Virus record (IMG/VR): IMGVR_UViG_3300020048_000013
Direction: 5' to 3' (one strand)
DNA: 64,000 nt
DNA from: an uncultured virus (IMG/VR IMGVR_UViG_3300020048_000013)
Lineage: Duplodnaviria > Heunggongvirae > Uroviricota > Caudoviricetes
Below are positions 20,133 through 29,407 of this stretch, piece after piece. The first letter of the stretch is position 1. The number at the start of each line of letters is the position of its first letter. The position numbers were made by a program, and so were the translations under genes. The notes beneath the pieces were generated by a model. That model saw nothing but the letters and a program-made list of their open reading frames with translations, had not been told where the DNA came from and searched no databases.

Positions 20133-21272
20133 TTAAGCCATTCCTTCATCATTAGTGAGGTCGGTCGATCCATCATTACTCTTATTATTATTAATATCTT
20201 TTACACGAATTTCATTTTCTTTTTTTATTTCAAAATTAATATCTCTTAATCGAAGTTCATCTTCTATAACATTAGTGATTTTCAAATCTTTGGTTGCCCA
20301 ATTATAGAAGTTGGAATACATATTATATACAAGTTCTGGATTTAATATATCATGAATAGGATCATATATTTTTTCAGTCATATCCATAAAAGAAAATGTT
20401 ATAGCTCTATTAATAAAATCTCTACCTTTATTATCCAATTGATAGTTCTGCATGCTTGATAACTGAATATTATGAAAAGTTTTTATATTAAACGTATAAT
20501 CAGTTGCATTCATATAATTATCGTGCATTGGTTTATATGAAGTTATTCTTATATCAAATTTATTAGATCTCATTACACTATAATATTTAGAATATTGAGC
20601 CATATATTGCAGTAATCTATCCATATTTGCTCTAAGGTCATAAGTAATATTTATTGTCAAATCGCCTTCGTATTGTTGATTGTTAACAAAATCAAAATCT
20701 TGACCCAATCTTGTGAATTTAGTTTTTTTGGAATTGAAGTTTGGTAACTGTATACTATCAACCATATAGTTTAATAATATTTTATAATTATCATTTTTTG
20801 ATAATTCGAGTTCTGAAAAATTATTAAAAGCTTCTCCTGATGATGGTTTTGTATTATATTTCACATCATATGAAGATAATACTGCTTTGTTGACGGGATT
20901 TATATCTCCCAAAAATTCTATATAAAATTTATTAGCATTAACGAAATCATTTTTAAAATCTCTAACGAATATTTCTTTGGATATTAATGGTTTATATCCA
21001 GTAATAGTATCATCATACTCATATGTTGCTGATGTTTGAGTATTTCCATTACCTTCAGCAAAAAATTTACTATATAGCATCTGTGTTATTAATTCCGCAG
21101 AGTATCCTGATATAGGAGCCATGTAAGGAATTTTTGCCGAAGTAAATGCTTGTCTTATAGTAGCTTCGGTAAATCCGTATGCCATTTCATATAATCTATA
21201 TCCTAATTTTTTGCTAAAAGAAGTATTGTTTTCTCTCGAATATGAAAATGGATTATTATCTAAAGGTGCCAT
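20133..21272 (-). CDS. Tail-tube-fold baseplate protein (gp54-like)
   Basis: NANKFYIEF, YMVDSIQLP, GDLTINITYD and terminal ITFSF pattern. Confidence 0.55.
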   Translation of the reverse strand: MAPLDNNPFSYSRENNTSFSKKLGYRLYEMAYGFTEATIRQAFTSAKIPYMAPISGYSAELITQMLYSKFFAEGNGNTQTSATYEYDDTITGYKPLISKEIFVRDFKNDFVNANKFYIEFLGDINPVNKAVLSSYDVKYNTKPSSGEAFNNFSELELSKNDNYKILLNYMVDSIQLPNFNSKKTKFTRLGQDFDFVNNQQYEGDLTINITYDLRANMDRLLQYMAQYSKYYSVMRSNKFDIRITSYKPMHDNYMNATDYTFNIKTFHNIQLSSMQNYQLDNKGRDFINRAITFSFMDMTEKIYDPIHDILNPELVYNMYSNFYNWATKDLKITNVIEDELRLRDINFEIKKENEIRVKDINNNKSNDGSTDLTNDEGMA

Positions 21273-21273
21273 A

Positions 21274-21579
21274 TTATGTCCTTGTTATATTGTTTTTTAA
21301 TACGCATCCAATCCATATTCCCATATTAGGACATGGCGAACCGTTATACGAAATAAACATCATATATACTTCTGAGTTTATCGGAGGAATATCTCCAGTG
21401 GTATATAATGAAGGAGTACAATGTTCAATCCATATTCCAAATTCTTTATTTTTAAAATTATCAGAAACATCATGAACTCCAATCACTCTGACAAACAATC
21501 TTTCTCTCGCAAGAGGGTCTTTATTATTTAAAACTTTTGCGATGAATATTCCATTTAATGATACATCTGGAGAGTCCAT
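21274..21579 (-). CDS. Stand-alone gp5/VgrG-type N-terminal OB-fold
   Basis: AKVLNNKDPL.RERLFVRVIGVH...IPPINSEVYMMF...WIG. Confidence 0.75.
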   Translation of the reverse strand: MDSPDVSLNGIFIAKVLNNKDPLARERLFVRVIGVHDVSDNFKNKEFGIWIEHCTPSLYTTGDIPPINSEVYMMFISYNGSPCPNMGIWIGCVLKNNITRT

Positions 21580-22457
21580 TATTTATTAACTCCGTTTGTT
21601 TTTGGAAATAAATTTCCATCTAATTTTGTTAAAGAATCGTTTATTTTTGAATGTTTTGTTGATAATTTTTGATTGTTTGTTAAATATATTACATCATCTA
21701 TTAAAAAAGCAAATCTTAAAGTATCCATGCTTGGAAAATTGATTGGATCGTTATATTTTATTTTATGATATATTGTGTGACCAGATATCAATTCTGTCGA
21801 TTCTGCTCTCTGAGAAGATCTATATAACCATCCATGTTTCTTTGCATATTTTAAGAATAATTCGTTTATAGTTTCGCTTGGTGCTGGATAAGTTCTGTCT
21901 ATAAAAGTTATATACTTTTTCGAATCCAAATCATATATATTATTCCACACCAATGCTCTTCCAGCAATTTCTTCATTATGATATAATAGTAATACATGAA
22001 CATTTGGATCAGAGTTATAGTATTTTACAAGTTCTCCTTTTCCAGACATACAACTCGTAGCATCACATCTTTCATATCCATCAACCACATCTTTCTGCAT
22101 AACAAATCTCAATTTAGTATGACTGTCTGGTCCTGAATGTATGATTAACGATTTTATTTTTCCCAACACTTTATTCAGATTGGCATCTGATATTCCTGGC
22201 GATAATCTTTTTATAATTCCGCCCATTTTTAATTGAACTCCGTCAACCATAAAAGAAGTAGTGTTATCTATAATTTCTATTTTATTATAATCAGAAATAT
22301 CGACGGGAGATTTCCCCGTAACATTTTCAATAGCATTTATAATTTCTTTTGAAATTTGAACAGCCTCATTTACAAAATTTTCTTTTAATATATTAAATAT
22401 ATTTTTTTCTAAATTTTGTTCGGCTATTGTTTCATAGTATTTTTCTTGTAGTTTCAT
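21579..22457 (-). CDS. CTS-like leader + SCM/GRALVW/PSMDT domain (paralog of 8135-9760)
   Basis: AAGGA RBS; MKLQEKYYETIAE; SCMSG, IAGRALVW, FIDRTYP and FPSMDTLRF. Confidence 0.75.
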   Translation of the reverse strand: MKLQEKYYETIAEQNLEKNIFNILKENFVNEAVQISKEIINAIENVTGKSPVDISDYNKIEIIDNTTSFMVDGVQLKMGGIIKRLSPGISDANLNKVLGKIKSLIIHSGPDSHTKLRFVMQKDVVDGYERCDATSCMSGKGELVKYYNSDPNVHVLLLYHNEEIAGRALVWNNIYDLDSKKYITFIDRTYPAPSETINELFLKYAKKHGWLYRSSQRAESTELISGHTIYHKIKYNDPINFPSMDTLRFAFLIDDVIYLTNNQKLSTKHSKINDSLTKLDGNLFPKTNGVNK

Positions 22458-23731
22458 TACCATTCCTTAATATTATTACTATATTTATCAGAATTAATTC
22501 CGTCTGTTACTAGATTTAAAGTTTGTGCATAAGATTTAGCAGTAAATAAATGAGTTATTCCCCTTATTAAATAAGTTCCAGTGAAAACTTCGTCTGGTGT
22601 TGAATATTCTTCATTATCTCTTGTTGATGTCATTTGAGCAGGAACATTTACTTTTACAAGAGTTCCTAATTTCCTATCGATATTTCCCGGTACACTTACA
22701 GTGAATTCATACATTCCCATCAACATTCTCGATAGTTTTGTATTTACCCAAGAATTTAGATATTGGTCTTTAAATTCTTTTGTTGGAAAATAAAATACAT
22801 TATTATTAGTAAATTCTCCAAACATATCTGTCGGTATGTTTAAATAAGTACTTAATTTTTTACCAAAATTTTTTGTGTCTTTTATGTTTTTATTAATTGT
22901 TTTTATTTCATTTGTTTCTAAATCAAAATAAGATACAATGCTACTATAAAATCCTCTGTCTGCCATTTTGATATAATTGGGAGTTCTCGTGAATTGCATA
23001 TTTCCAATTTTATTAAAATTCAAATTAGATGATGTGAAACTGAGATTTTCTTCAATTAATTTATCTTGCGAGACACTATAATATTTAGTATCTGTATAAA
23101 TTCCAATTTTTCCTTCCAATAAACTTGGTATTGTTACAAATTGAAGTGATCCATCGAGGTCCTGAAAAAATAGATATCCGCCTCTGTTATTATCTGCCAT
23201 AGCATGATCGCTTATATCGGTCAATGTATGAATAGCCGACCATAGAGGAGAAGTATAAGTTATTTTTTGAGTAGTATTATCGTGAAATTTATATTTTAAT
23301 TGTATTGGGTCCAATAAATGCTGTGTGATTTGTTTATAAGTTTTTTGTTTGAACGGATAGCTCATTTGATTTGTGTAAGCATGAATTATCGCACCTGCAG
23401 TAAAATGTATTATTATAGTTCTAAAAGGTTTCTTACTCATATCTAAACTTGGCTGAGAAGATTTATATACAGTAAAATTTAAAGTTATATACTTAGCATC
23501 AAGTCTCTCTGTTTGGTCTTTAGTTAAAGGTATTAAAGGCTTTTTTATAGTAAGTTGTAGAATATCTCCATAAGTCGGCATCAATCGTTCCCAAGAATCT
23601 CTATCGTGTAAAGTTATTGTTCCAGATAATTGAGGATTGTATATATCTTGATTTATAACAATGCTTGATATATTAATAAGAGGAATATCTATTGTTTCGC
23701 TTGGTTTAATATATTTAACACCAATTAACAT
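22457..23731 (-). CDS. Baseplate hub protein (gp27-like)
   Basis: INQDIYNP.LSGTITLHD, YLFFQD and VPGN...GTYLIRGITHLF; position between gp53 and gp5. Confidence 0.7.
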   Translation of the reverse strand: MLIGVKYIKPSETIDIPLINISSIVINQDIYNPQLSGTITLHDRDSWERLMPTYGDILQLTIKKPLIPLTKDQTERLDAKYITLNFTVYKSSQPSLDMSKKPFRTIIIHFTAGAIIHAYTNQMSYPFKQKTYKQITQHLLDPIQLKYKFHDNTTQKITYTSPLWSAIHTLTDISDHAMADNNRGGYLFFQDLDGSLQFVTIPSLLEGKIGIYTDTKYYSVSQDKLIEENLSFTSSNLNFNKIGNMQFTRTPNYIKMADRGFYSSIVSYFDLETNEIKTINKNIKDTKNFGKKLSTYLNIPTDMFGEFTNNNVFYFPTKEFKDQYLNSWVNTKLSRMLMGMYEFTVSVPGNIDRKLGTLVKVNVPAQMTSTRDNEEYSTPDEVFTGTYLIRGITHLFTAKSYAQTLNLVTDGINSDKYSNNIKEW

Positions 23732-24192
23732 TATTTTGCCTTTTCTTTTAATGCTATTAAAAAATTTGGAAGATATCCTGGGTCAATAACTTTTATATTT
23801 CTCTTATTATCATAATAATCAAACAAAAGTTCCTGATAAGTTTTCAAAGGATATTCATTATATTCTATATATAATAAATCTGCCAATTCCATAATTTCTT
23901 CGTCTGATAATATCCAATCAAAAGGATTATTCATTCCATTAACTAATAATATAGTCCACCAAAAATCTGGATTTTTATACAAAGAATAAGATATCATGTC
24001 TATTCTTGTGTTTTGTGGAACTATATAATCAATAAGCCAATCATCTTGAATAACAGATTTCCAATTTCTCAAATTGCATAATTCTGGAAATTCTGTTATG
24101 ACCGATTGATAATAGTCGAATTTTATATCTTGACTTTTTAAATAGTCTGTTAAGTCTAAATTATATGTTTTTAATAAATCAAAAAAATGCAT
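23731..24192 (-). CDS. gp53: Baseplate wedge gp53-like
   Basis: RIDMISYSLY.NPDFWWTILLVN...NPFDW. Confidence 0.85.
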   Translation of the reverse strand: MHFFDLLKTYNLDLTDYLKSQDIKFDYYQSVITEFPELCNLRNWKSVIQDDWLIDYIVPQNTRIDMISYSLYKNPDFWWTILLVNGMNNPFDWILSDEEIMELADLLYIEYNEYPLKTYQELLFDYYDNKRNIKVIDPGYLPNFLIALKEKAK

Positions 24193-24202
24193 TTATTTCC
24201 TT

Positions 24203-25126
24203 TTATTGTTGTTGTCGATTTCTTTTACTCTGATCCAACATTTTTTCAGTATTATCTATTTCTTCACCATTAAGTAAAGTTAAAACACTTTTTATATCAT
24301 CATCATCATGTGATATCGGTCTTAATATTGGATGCATTGATTTGAAATCCAATTTCATTTCGTAACCAATCACATTTCCGTCTTCATAAAAAGGAACATC
24401 TATTTTATTGCTGTCTGTTATTGGTTTAATTTCCACATTTTCCAAATTCATATAATCAAAATCTGATGTTAATGAAAATTTCACTCCTGCTGGAGTAACT
24501 ATAGTAATATCATAATTCATTGGAGATGTTAATAAAGGAATTGCTTCCTCAAAAAACTCACTATTAAAAATTCTTGTTGGTAGAGCAGAATATTTAAATA
24601 ATAACATGAGTTTTTTTATTTTTTTGGCTTCTTCTAAATTATTTGCAAATAATTGAAAAGTGAAATTTTGAGATACACCACTAGGTGATTGGAAAACATT
24701 AACCATTCTGGGATCTTCCCACAAACCAGAAGCCAAACTCATTTGTTCTTTTGTTGTTTTAACGACATCTTCAAATCCAAGACCTTCAGAAATTCCTTCT
24801 GCAGTTTGTTCTATAAAAGTTTGTGAAAATTTAATTCCGAGTTGAGCGAGTCCTGTAAATGTTTGACGAAGACTTCCTTCGTCCATCGAAGCAGCTCCAG
24901 TTAAAGTTAATGCATGAATATCTTTATATGTCGGTCTATTATTATAAGATATGTCTTTTGGAACATATGTGATAAAATGAAATTTATAGTTTTTTGAAGT
25001 GGTGTTATCATTACTAAATACTTCGGCATTTTTTTGTAATTTGAAGTCATATGGATATGCACTTATTATCATATAAGCACTATTAATACTATCTAAATCG
25101 TTTGGGTAAAAAATTGTTTCTGCCAT
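24203..25126 (-). CDS. gp48: Baseplate tail-tube cap gp48-like
   Basis: FYPNDL, DPRMVNVFQ...FTFQLFANNLEEA...FKYSALP; position after the tape measure. Confidence 0.75.
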   Translation of the reverse strand: MAETIFYPNDLDSINSAYMIISAYPYDFKLQKNAEVFSNDNTTSKNYKFHFITYVPKDISYNNRPTYKDIHALTLTGAASMDEGSLRQTFTGLAQLGIKFSQTFIEQTAEGISEGLGFEDVVKTTKEQMSLASGLWEDPRMVNVFQSPSGVSQNFTFQLFANNLEEAKKIKKLMLLFKYSALPTRIFNSEFFEEAIPLLTSPMNYDITIVTPAGVKFSLTSDFDYMNLENVEIKPITDSNKIDVPFYEDGNVIGYEMKLDFKSMHPILRPISHDDDDIKSVLTLLNGEEIDNTEKMLDQSKRNRQQQ

Positions 25127-25137
25127 ATAATTATCCT

Positions 25138-27690
25138 TTATGTAGAATATCTAACAAAATCTACTTCTGTTGTGATATATTCTTTTTGTGGCTGTTGTGA
25201 AGCATTATTTGCCATGTTGTTGCTAGTATTTATATTAGTTATTATTGGTGAATTTTGTTCTTTATTTTTTCCAGAAATCATTTTTTCAAACGGTTTTATT
25301 ATTCTCTCATACATTGATATATTTTCTGTTTTTATTTGATTTGGATTAATCATATTACTTTTTTGACCACTTTCTTCATATGCTTCTTTTATTACATCTT
25401 TTAATGATTGTCTATGCTCATTTGTTTTATTTAATGGAGATAAAACTTTGCCACTCTTTCCATCTGAAGAAATTTTTTCAATTTCTATTCCATTTTCTCC
25501 AGTCACTTTCCATTCTCCGCCTTTTTCAAATTTATTTACTTTTGATTCTCCTGGTTTCTGAATATCTTCTAATGAATAATTTTTAATATCATATTTTCCT
25601 TCGCCCATTTTTGCTTTTTGAAATTCGTTTTTAAATTCTTTCAATATTTTTTCATTGTATAATATATCATCATCTTCTTTTATTTTATATTTAGATTTTA
25701 TATATTTTAATGCACCAAAATATGATGTTCTTTGTTGAGGATCAGTGTAATCGAAATTCATTTCGTCTGCCAAATCACCTCTGCCAGAATCCATGCCATT
25801 AGTTGCGATCATTGCTGGCAAAGAAGTGGCTGTTTTTAACATCGATCCACCAACATTAGCAATTTTAGACCCGTATTTCATTGTAGTATTTGCTACACCA
25901 TATTTTCCTTTATTCCACAAATCTTTCGCTTTGGATCCATATTTTTTTACAAATTTTATTCCGAGTTTGCGCAACATTTCATATTTAAGCACATCTCCAG
26001 CAGTGTCCCAAATTCCTCCACCTTTTTTATCTTCACTTTCATCTTCGGGTTCTCCATCTTCTCCAGGACCACCTCTTCCATTTTTTTTATTTTTTGTAGC
26101 ATTGTTAATATTTAAATCACTTGAAATGTCATTAGATTCATTTTTTCTTTTTGCATTTCTGTCTTCTTCACTTTCTTCTAAAAATTCTAAAATTTCTGGC
26201 AATTTTCTAGTATTTTTTTCTATTTTAATTGCTTCTTTATATAGAGGATCGTTTTTTCTTTTATTAGTCATGAATGCTATAGATGGTGCTTTTTCTGTAG
26301 TAGATTGAGATTTTTCGGCATCATTGAAGTCAGTATTTATTTTATAATTATTTTCTGATTTATTTCTCAATACATCTTCGCCATTTTGATCCATTAAAGC
26401 AGACCATTTTTTATCAGGTTTTGATTTATCTATATTTTCAGATTCTTTGCTTTCTTCATTTCTTTCTGGAATATCAATTTTTTCTGGAATATCGATTGCT
26501 TCATTCTCTGTTTTTATTTCAGGAATATTCGATGCCATCGGAGTTGCTACTTTACCTCTTTCTTTTCCATCAATTCTCTGTTTTATATCATCAATTTTAG
26601 TACGGACATCACTTTCTGTTAAATATTTTTCTTTTTTATTGGATTCTCTAATCCATTGTCTAAGAGTTTTATCAAACAGTTTTGCTTTTGTATTGGCTTC
26701 TTCGGGATTTGCTCCGCCTTTAACTTGTTCATCAAGTTCTTCTCCATATAGTTCATTGGCTTCATCTACAAGCCTTTTTTGACTATCAGATATTTCTGTA
26801 AAAATTCCAACTCGTCTATTTAACCATTTTCTCCATTTAGTACCGAGCTGTTTACCCCATTTTCTTCCAGCTTCATTTATTTTTAGAAAACCACCGCTTT
26901 CCGACATGATGTCTTTAAATGATTTGCTGTTTTCTAATAATTCTTTTCTTTGGTTTTTTAAAAATCTATTTATTATCTTTTCTATATCTTTAGTAGTTTC
27001 ATCTTCTATTTTGGATCTTAAACTAGATAGACCTTTAAATTCGTCGTTATAATTTTTTATGACATCGTTTAATTTATTAGATTCTTTTAAAGAATCTTTA
27101 ATAAAATCATCCAGATTATCGTCTGTTACTTTATCTTTATTTCTCTCAAACTCAGTATTTAGAGTAACACAAGAATCTGTTATATTTTTAAGTTGTGCTA
27201 ATGCTTTTTTTATTTTTTCTGCTTTATTAGCATCTGCAGTATTTAATTCTTTTTTTAATCTATCAGATTCTTTGGCGATTAATACCATCTGCTCGTTATA
27301 TTTTTTGGAATATTTCGGCAATTCTTTTTTAAAAAAAGATATTTTTTTAGTATATTCTACATTTATTCTGTTTATACATTCATGAAATGTATCGGATGCT
27401 TTTGTAAAAAATCCAGCTCCGCCTAATATTTCCGAAATACCAAATTCTGTTTTAATTTTTGCTATATCTGTATCAAATAACGATCTGTATGATTGTAATT
27501 CTGTTACTGTATTTGCTTTTTTTATTTTATCTACTGTCGATGCGGTTATTTGCTCAACAAATCCCAAAAAAGTATTACTATAATTACCATCTTCAATTAA
27601 TATTGTTTTTTTAAGTTCGTGTTTGAAAGCATCTTCTTGTTTTTTATAAGCATCTGCTCCCAAATTACCAATATTTTTTTTATCAGCCAT
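25138..27690 (-). CDS. Probable tape measure protein (gp29-like)
   Basis: 850 aa, helical/coiled-coil composition, GENGIE motif, N-rich C-terminus; lies between gp26/51 and gp48. Confidence 0.65.
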   Translation of the reverse strand: MADKKNIGNLGADAYKKQEDAFKHELKKTILIEDGNYSNTFLGFVEQITASTVDKIKKANTVTELQSYRSLFDTDIAKIKTEFGISEILGGAGFFTKASDTFHECINRINVEYTKKISFFKKELPKYSKKYNEQMVLIAKESDRLKKELNTADANKAEKIKKALAQLKNITDSCVTLNTEFERNKDKVTDDNLDDFIKDSLKESNKLNDVIKNYNDEFKGLSSLRSKIEDETTKDIEKIINRFLKNQRKELLENSKSFKDIMSESGGFLKINEAGRKWGKQLGTKWRKWLNRRVGIFTEISDSQKRLVDEANELYGEELDEQVKGGANPEEANTKAKLFDKTLRQWIRESNKKEKYLTESDVRTKIDDIKQRIDGKERGKVATPMASNIPEIKTENEAIDIPEKIDIPERNEESKESENIDKSKPDKKWSALMDQNGEDVLRNKSENNYKINTDFNDAEKSQSTTEKAPSIAFMTNKRKNDPLYKEAIKIEKNTRKLPEILEFLEESEEDRNAKRKNESNDISSDLNINNATKNKKNGRGGPGEDGEPEDESEDKKGGGIWDTAGDVLKYEMLRKLGIKFVKKYGSKAKDLWNKGKYGVANTTMKYGSKIANVGGSMLKTATSLPAMIATNGMDSGRGDLADEMNFDYTDPQQRTSYFGALKYIKSKYKIKEDDDILYNEKILKEFKNEFQKAKMGEGKYDIKNYSLEDIQKPGESKVNKFEKGGEWKVTGENGIEIEKISSDGKSGKVLSPLNKTNEHRQSLKDVIKEAYEESGQKSNMINPNQIKTENISMYERIIKPFEKMISGKNKEQNSPIITNINTSNNMANNASQQPQKEYITTEVDFVRYST

Positions 27691-27698
27691 AATAACCT

Positions 27699-27857
27699 TT
27701 AATTATTTTCTATACTTTTTATCGTCATATAATATTCATTATCAAATTCGTATGCAAACATATTATCTATTTCGTTGTGACTGTATCCTATATACTTTTT
27801 CATTAGAAATCTCCTTTGGGAGAACTGTTCTAATGACAGATCAGTCACACTTGTACG
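27699..27857 (-). CDS. gp51-like chaperone frame, probably reached by -1 frameshift from gp26
   Basis: Hand translation RTSVTDLSLEQFSQRRFLMKKYIGYSHNEIDNMFAYEFDNEYYMTIKSIENN*; fills the gap before the tape measure. Confidence 0.7.
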   Translation of the reverse strand, partial: RTSVTDLSLEQFSQRRFLMKKYIGYSHNEIDNMFAYEFDNEYYMTIKSIENN

Positions 27858-28591
27858 AAAAAATAGGGTTCATCTATAATAACATGATATTCTTTATTAC
27901 AACTAGCACAAGTTTTGTTTTCTTTAATAAAGAAATTTATTTTTTTGTCCGTGATGATATTAAGTATGTTAGTATATTCTTTTATACCCAGTCTTTCGTC
28001 TATATATTTTATTATTTGATCTATATCTATATTTTCATAAGATTTTCCGTCAATAATAATTTTATCAATACTGTTATATAGTACTTGATTTGCCACTTCC
28101 ATATAATTATCTTCGGATTTGTTTTTTATTATTTCGAGTTCTTTTGTATATGGAATTTGTTTGAAGTATAATACATCACCGTTATCTGTATTTACTGAAA
28201 AACTTTGTTCGATTACAGCAGGTTCGGTAACAACATGATCTAATATTGATATAGTATAAGCATCGTAAGCCCAATGGCAATGAGGACAATAATGAGGTTT
28301 TTGTATAGTTGGGTCGTAGCTCATGCTTCTCAAATAACTCAAACCAAACAGAAAATCTGCTTTACTGATATCCTGTATTATTTTCTGATCATCTGGATGA
28401 ACACATGCTTTAAATAATTTAAACGCTTCGTTATTCCAAGTCCAATCGTCATCAACAGTGCTTGTGGCATTTAAATAATTTTTAATTTCTCTTGTTAAGT
28501 ATTTTCTGATTCTTATAGTCTTTTTACAAAACTTTAATTCCAAATCCTGGTAGGATTGTTCATTTGTAAAAATTTCACTTGGAAGTTTCAT
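27845..28591 (-). CDS. gp26: Baseplate hub assembly chaperone gp26-like
   Basis: IRKYLTREIK, LRSMSY, CPHC and CASC zinc motifs, C-terminal FF; late promoter upstream. Confidence 0.8.
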   Translation of the reverse strand: MKLPSEIFTNEQSYQDLELKFCKKTIRIRKYLTREIKNYLNATSTVDDDWTWNNEAFKLFKACVHPDDQKIIQDISKADFLFGLSYLRSMSYDPTIQKPHYCPHCHWAYDAYTISILDHVVTEPAVIEQSFSVNTDNGDVLYFKQIPYTKELEIIKNKSEDNYMEVANQVLYNSIDKIIIDGKSYENIDIDQIIKYIDERLGIKEYTNILNIITDKKINFFIKENKTCASCNKEYHVIIDEPYFFVQV

Positions 28592-28887
28592 TGTTTCTCC
28601 TTTTTTATTTTATTTATAAATTGGTTTAGTTTGTTATCTATTTTTGAAAATTCGTAGGTATATAATTTACATTCGTCGTTTTCCATAATCAAATTAAAAT
28701 TATATCTCCCATCATCTTCATCCTTATAATATTCGAAATATATATTTTCTCTTATTAATGCAATTCTGCTTTCATTTTTAAAAGTCGTGACAAATTTTAA
28801 ATCATTGAAAATTTCTTCGATTTCGTTTATTTTGTCTTTATTCACTATAAGACATTCGTAGTAGTCTTCCATTATATTAGAATACAT
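28588..28887 (-). CDS. Hypothetical protein
   Basis: 99-aa ORF coupled to both neighbours. Confidence 0.65.
   Translation of the reverse strand: MYSNIMEDYYECLIVNKDKINEIEEIFNDLKFVTTFKNESRIALIRENIYFEYYKDEDDGRYNFNLIMENDECKLYTYEFSKIDNKLNQFINKIKKEKQ
28611..28618 (-). promoter_or_regulatory. T4-type late promoter TATAAATA
   Basis: Just upstream of the gp26 RBS, heading the baseplate operon. Confidence 0.7.
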
Positions 28888-29390
28888 TATTTCTTCTTAC
28901 ACCATTTATCTAAAAATTCATCAAATAAGCACATTATCAAATTATCTTTCAATTTTATATACAGACTCCAATCAGGAATACTTTCAGTAGGTTTCCATTC
29001 ATGAATAACGAATGTTTCTGTTCTATTTGCTTTAAATATCATAAGAGGCTCTAAACTCGCTTTCCTTGCGTTTGGTATACATTGGTTATACCAAATATCA
29101 TAAATCTTTTTAATCTTGTTTTTGAATATACTATTGATACTCAAATCAAGGTCTTTGTGATCCTTACATTCTATACTGAACGGAAAGAACGATTTGGCTA
29201 TTCCTAATTCTATGTCTCCATTAGCAGTTGCGAAAACACCGCTACTACTATCTCTTTTTGGTAAAACATTCTTGTTATCAACCATTTCCACCAAATTTTT
29301 ATAGGTGGGATTGAATGACATTAATGATTCGTTAATCTGTTTGGCAATTTTAGTTTCAAACTTCTTGCCTTTTTCCTTCGCATAGCTCAT
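28887..29390 (-). CDS. Holliday junction resolvase-like PD-(D/E)XK nuclease
   Basis: KEKGKKFE..IAK, GDI, FSIECK, W.Q and PLMIFKANR. Confidence 0.75.
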   Translation of the reverse strand: MSYAKEKGKKFETKIAKQINESLMSFNPTYKNLVEMVDNKNVLPKRDSSSGVFATANGDIELGIAKSFFPFSIECKDHKDLDLSINSIFKNKIKKIYDIWYNQCIPNARKASLEPLMIFKANRTETFVIHEWKPTESIPDWSLYIKLKDNLIMCLFDEFLDKWCKKK

Positions 29391-29407
29391 AATTTTTCCT
29401 TTTTGTT

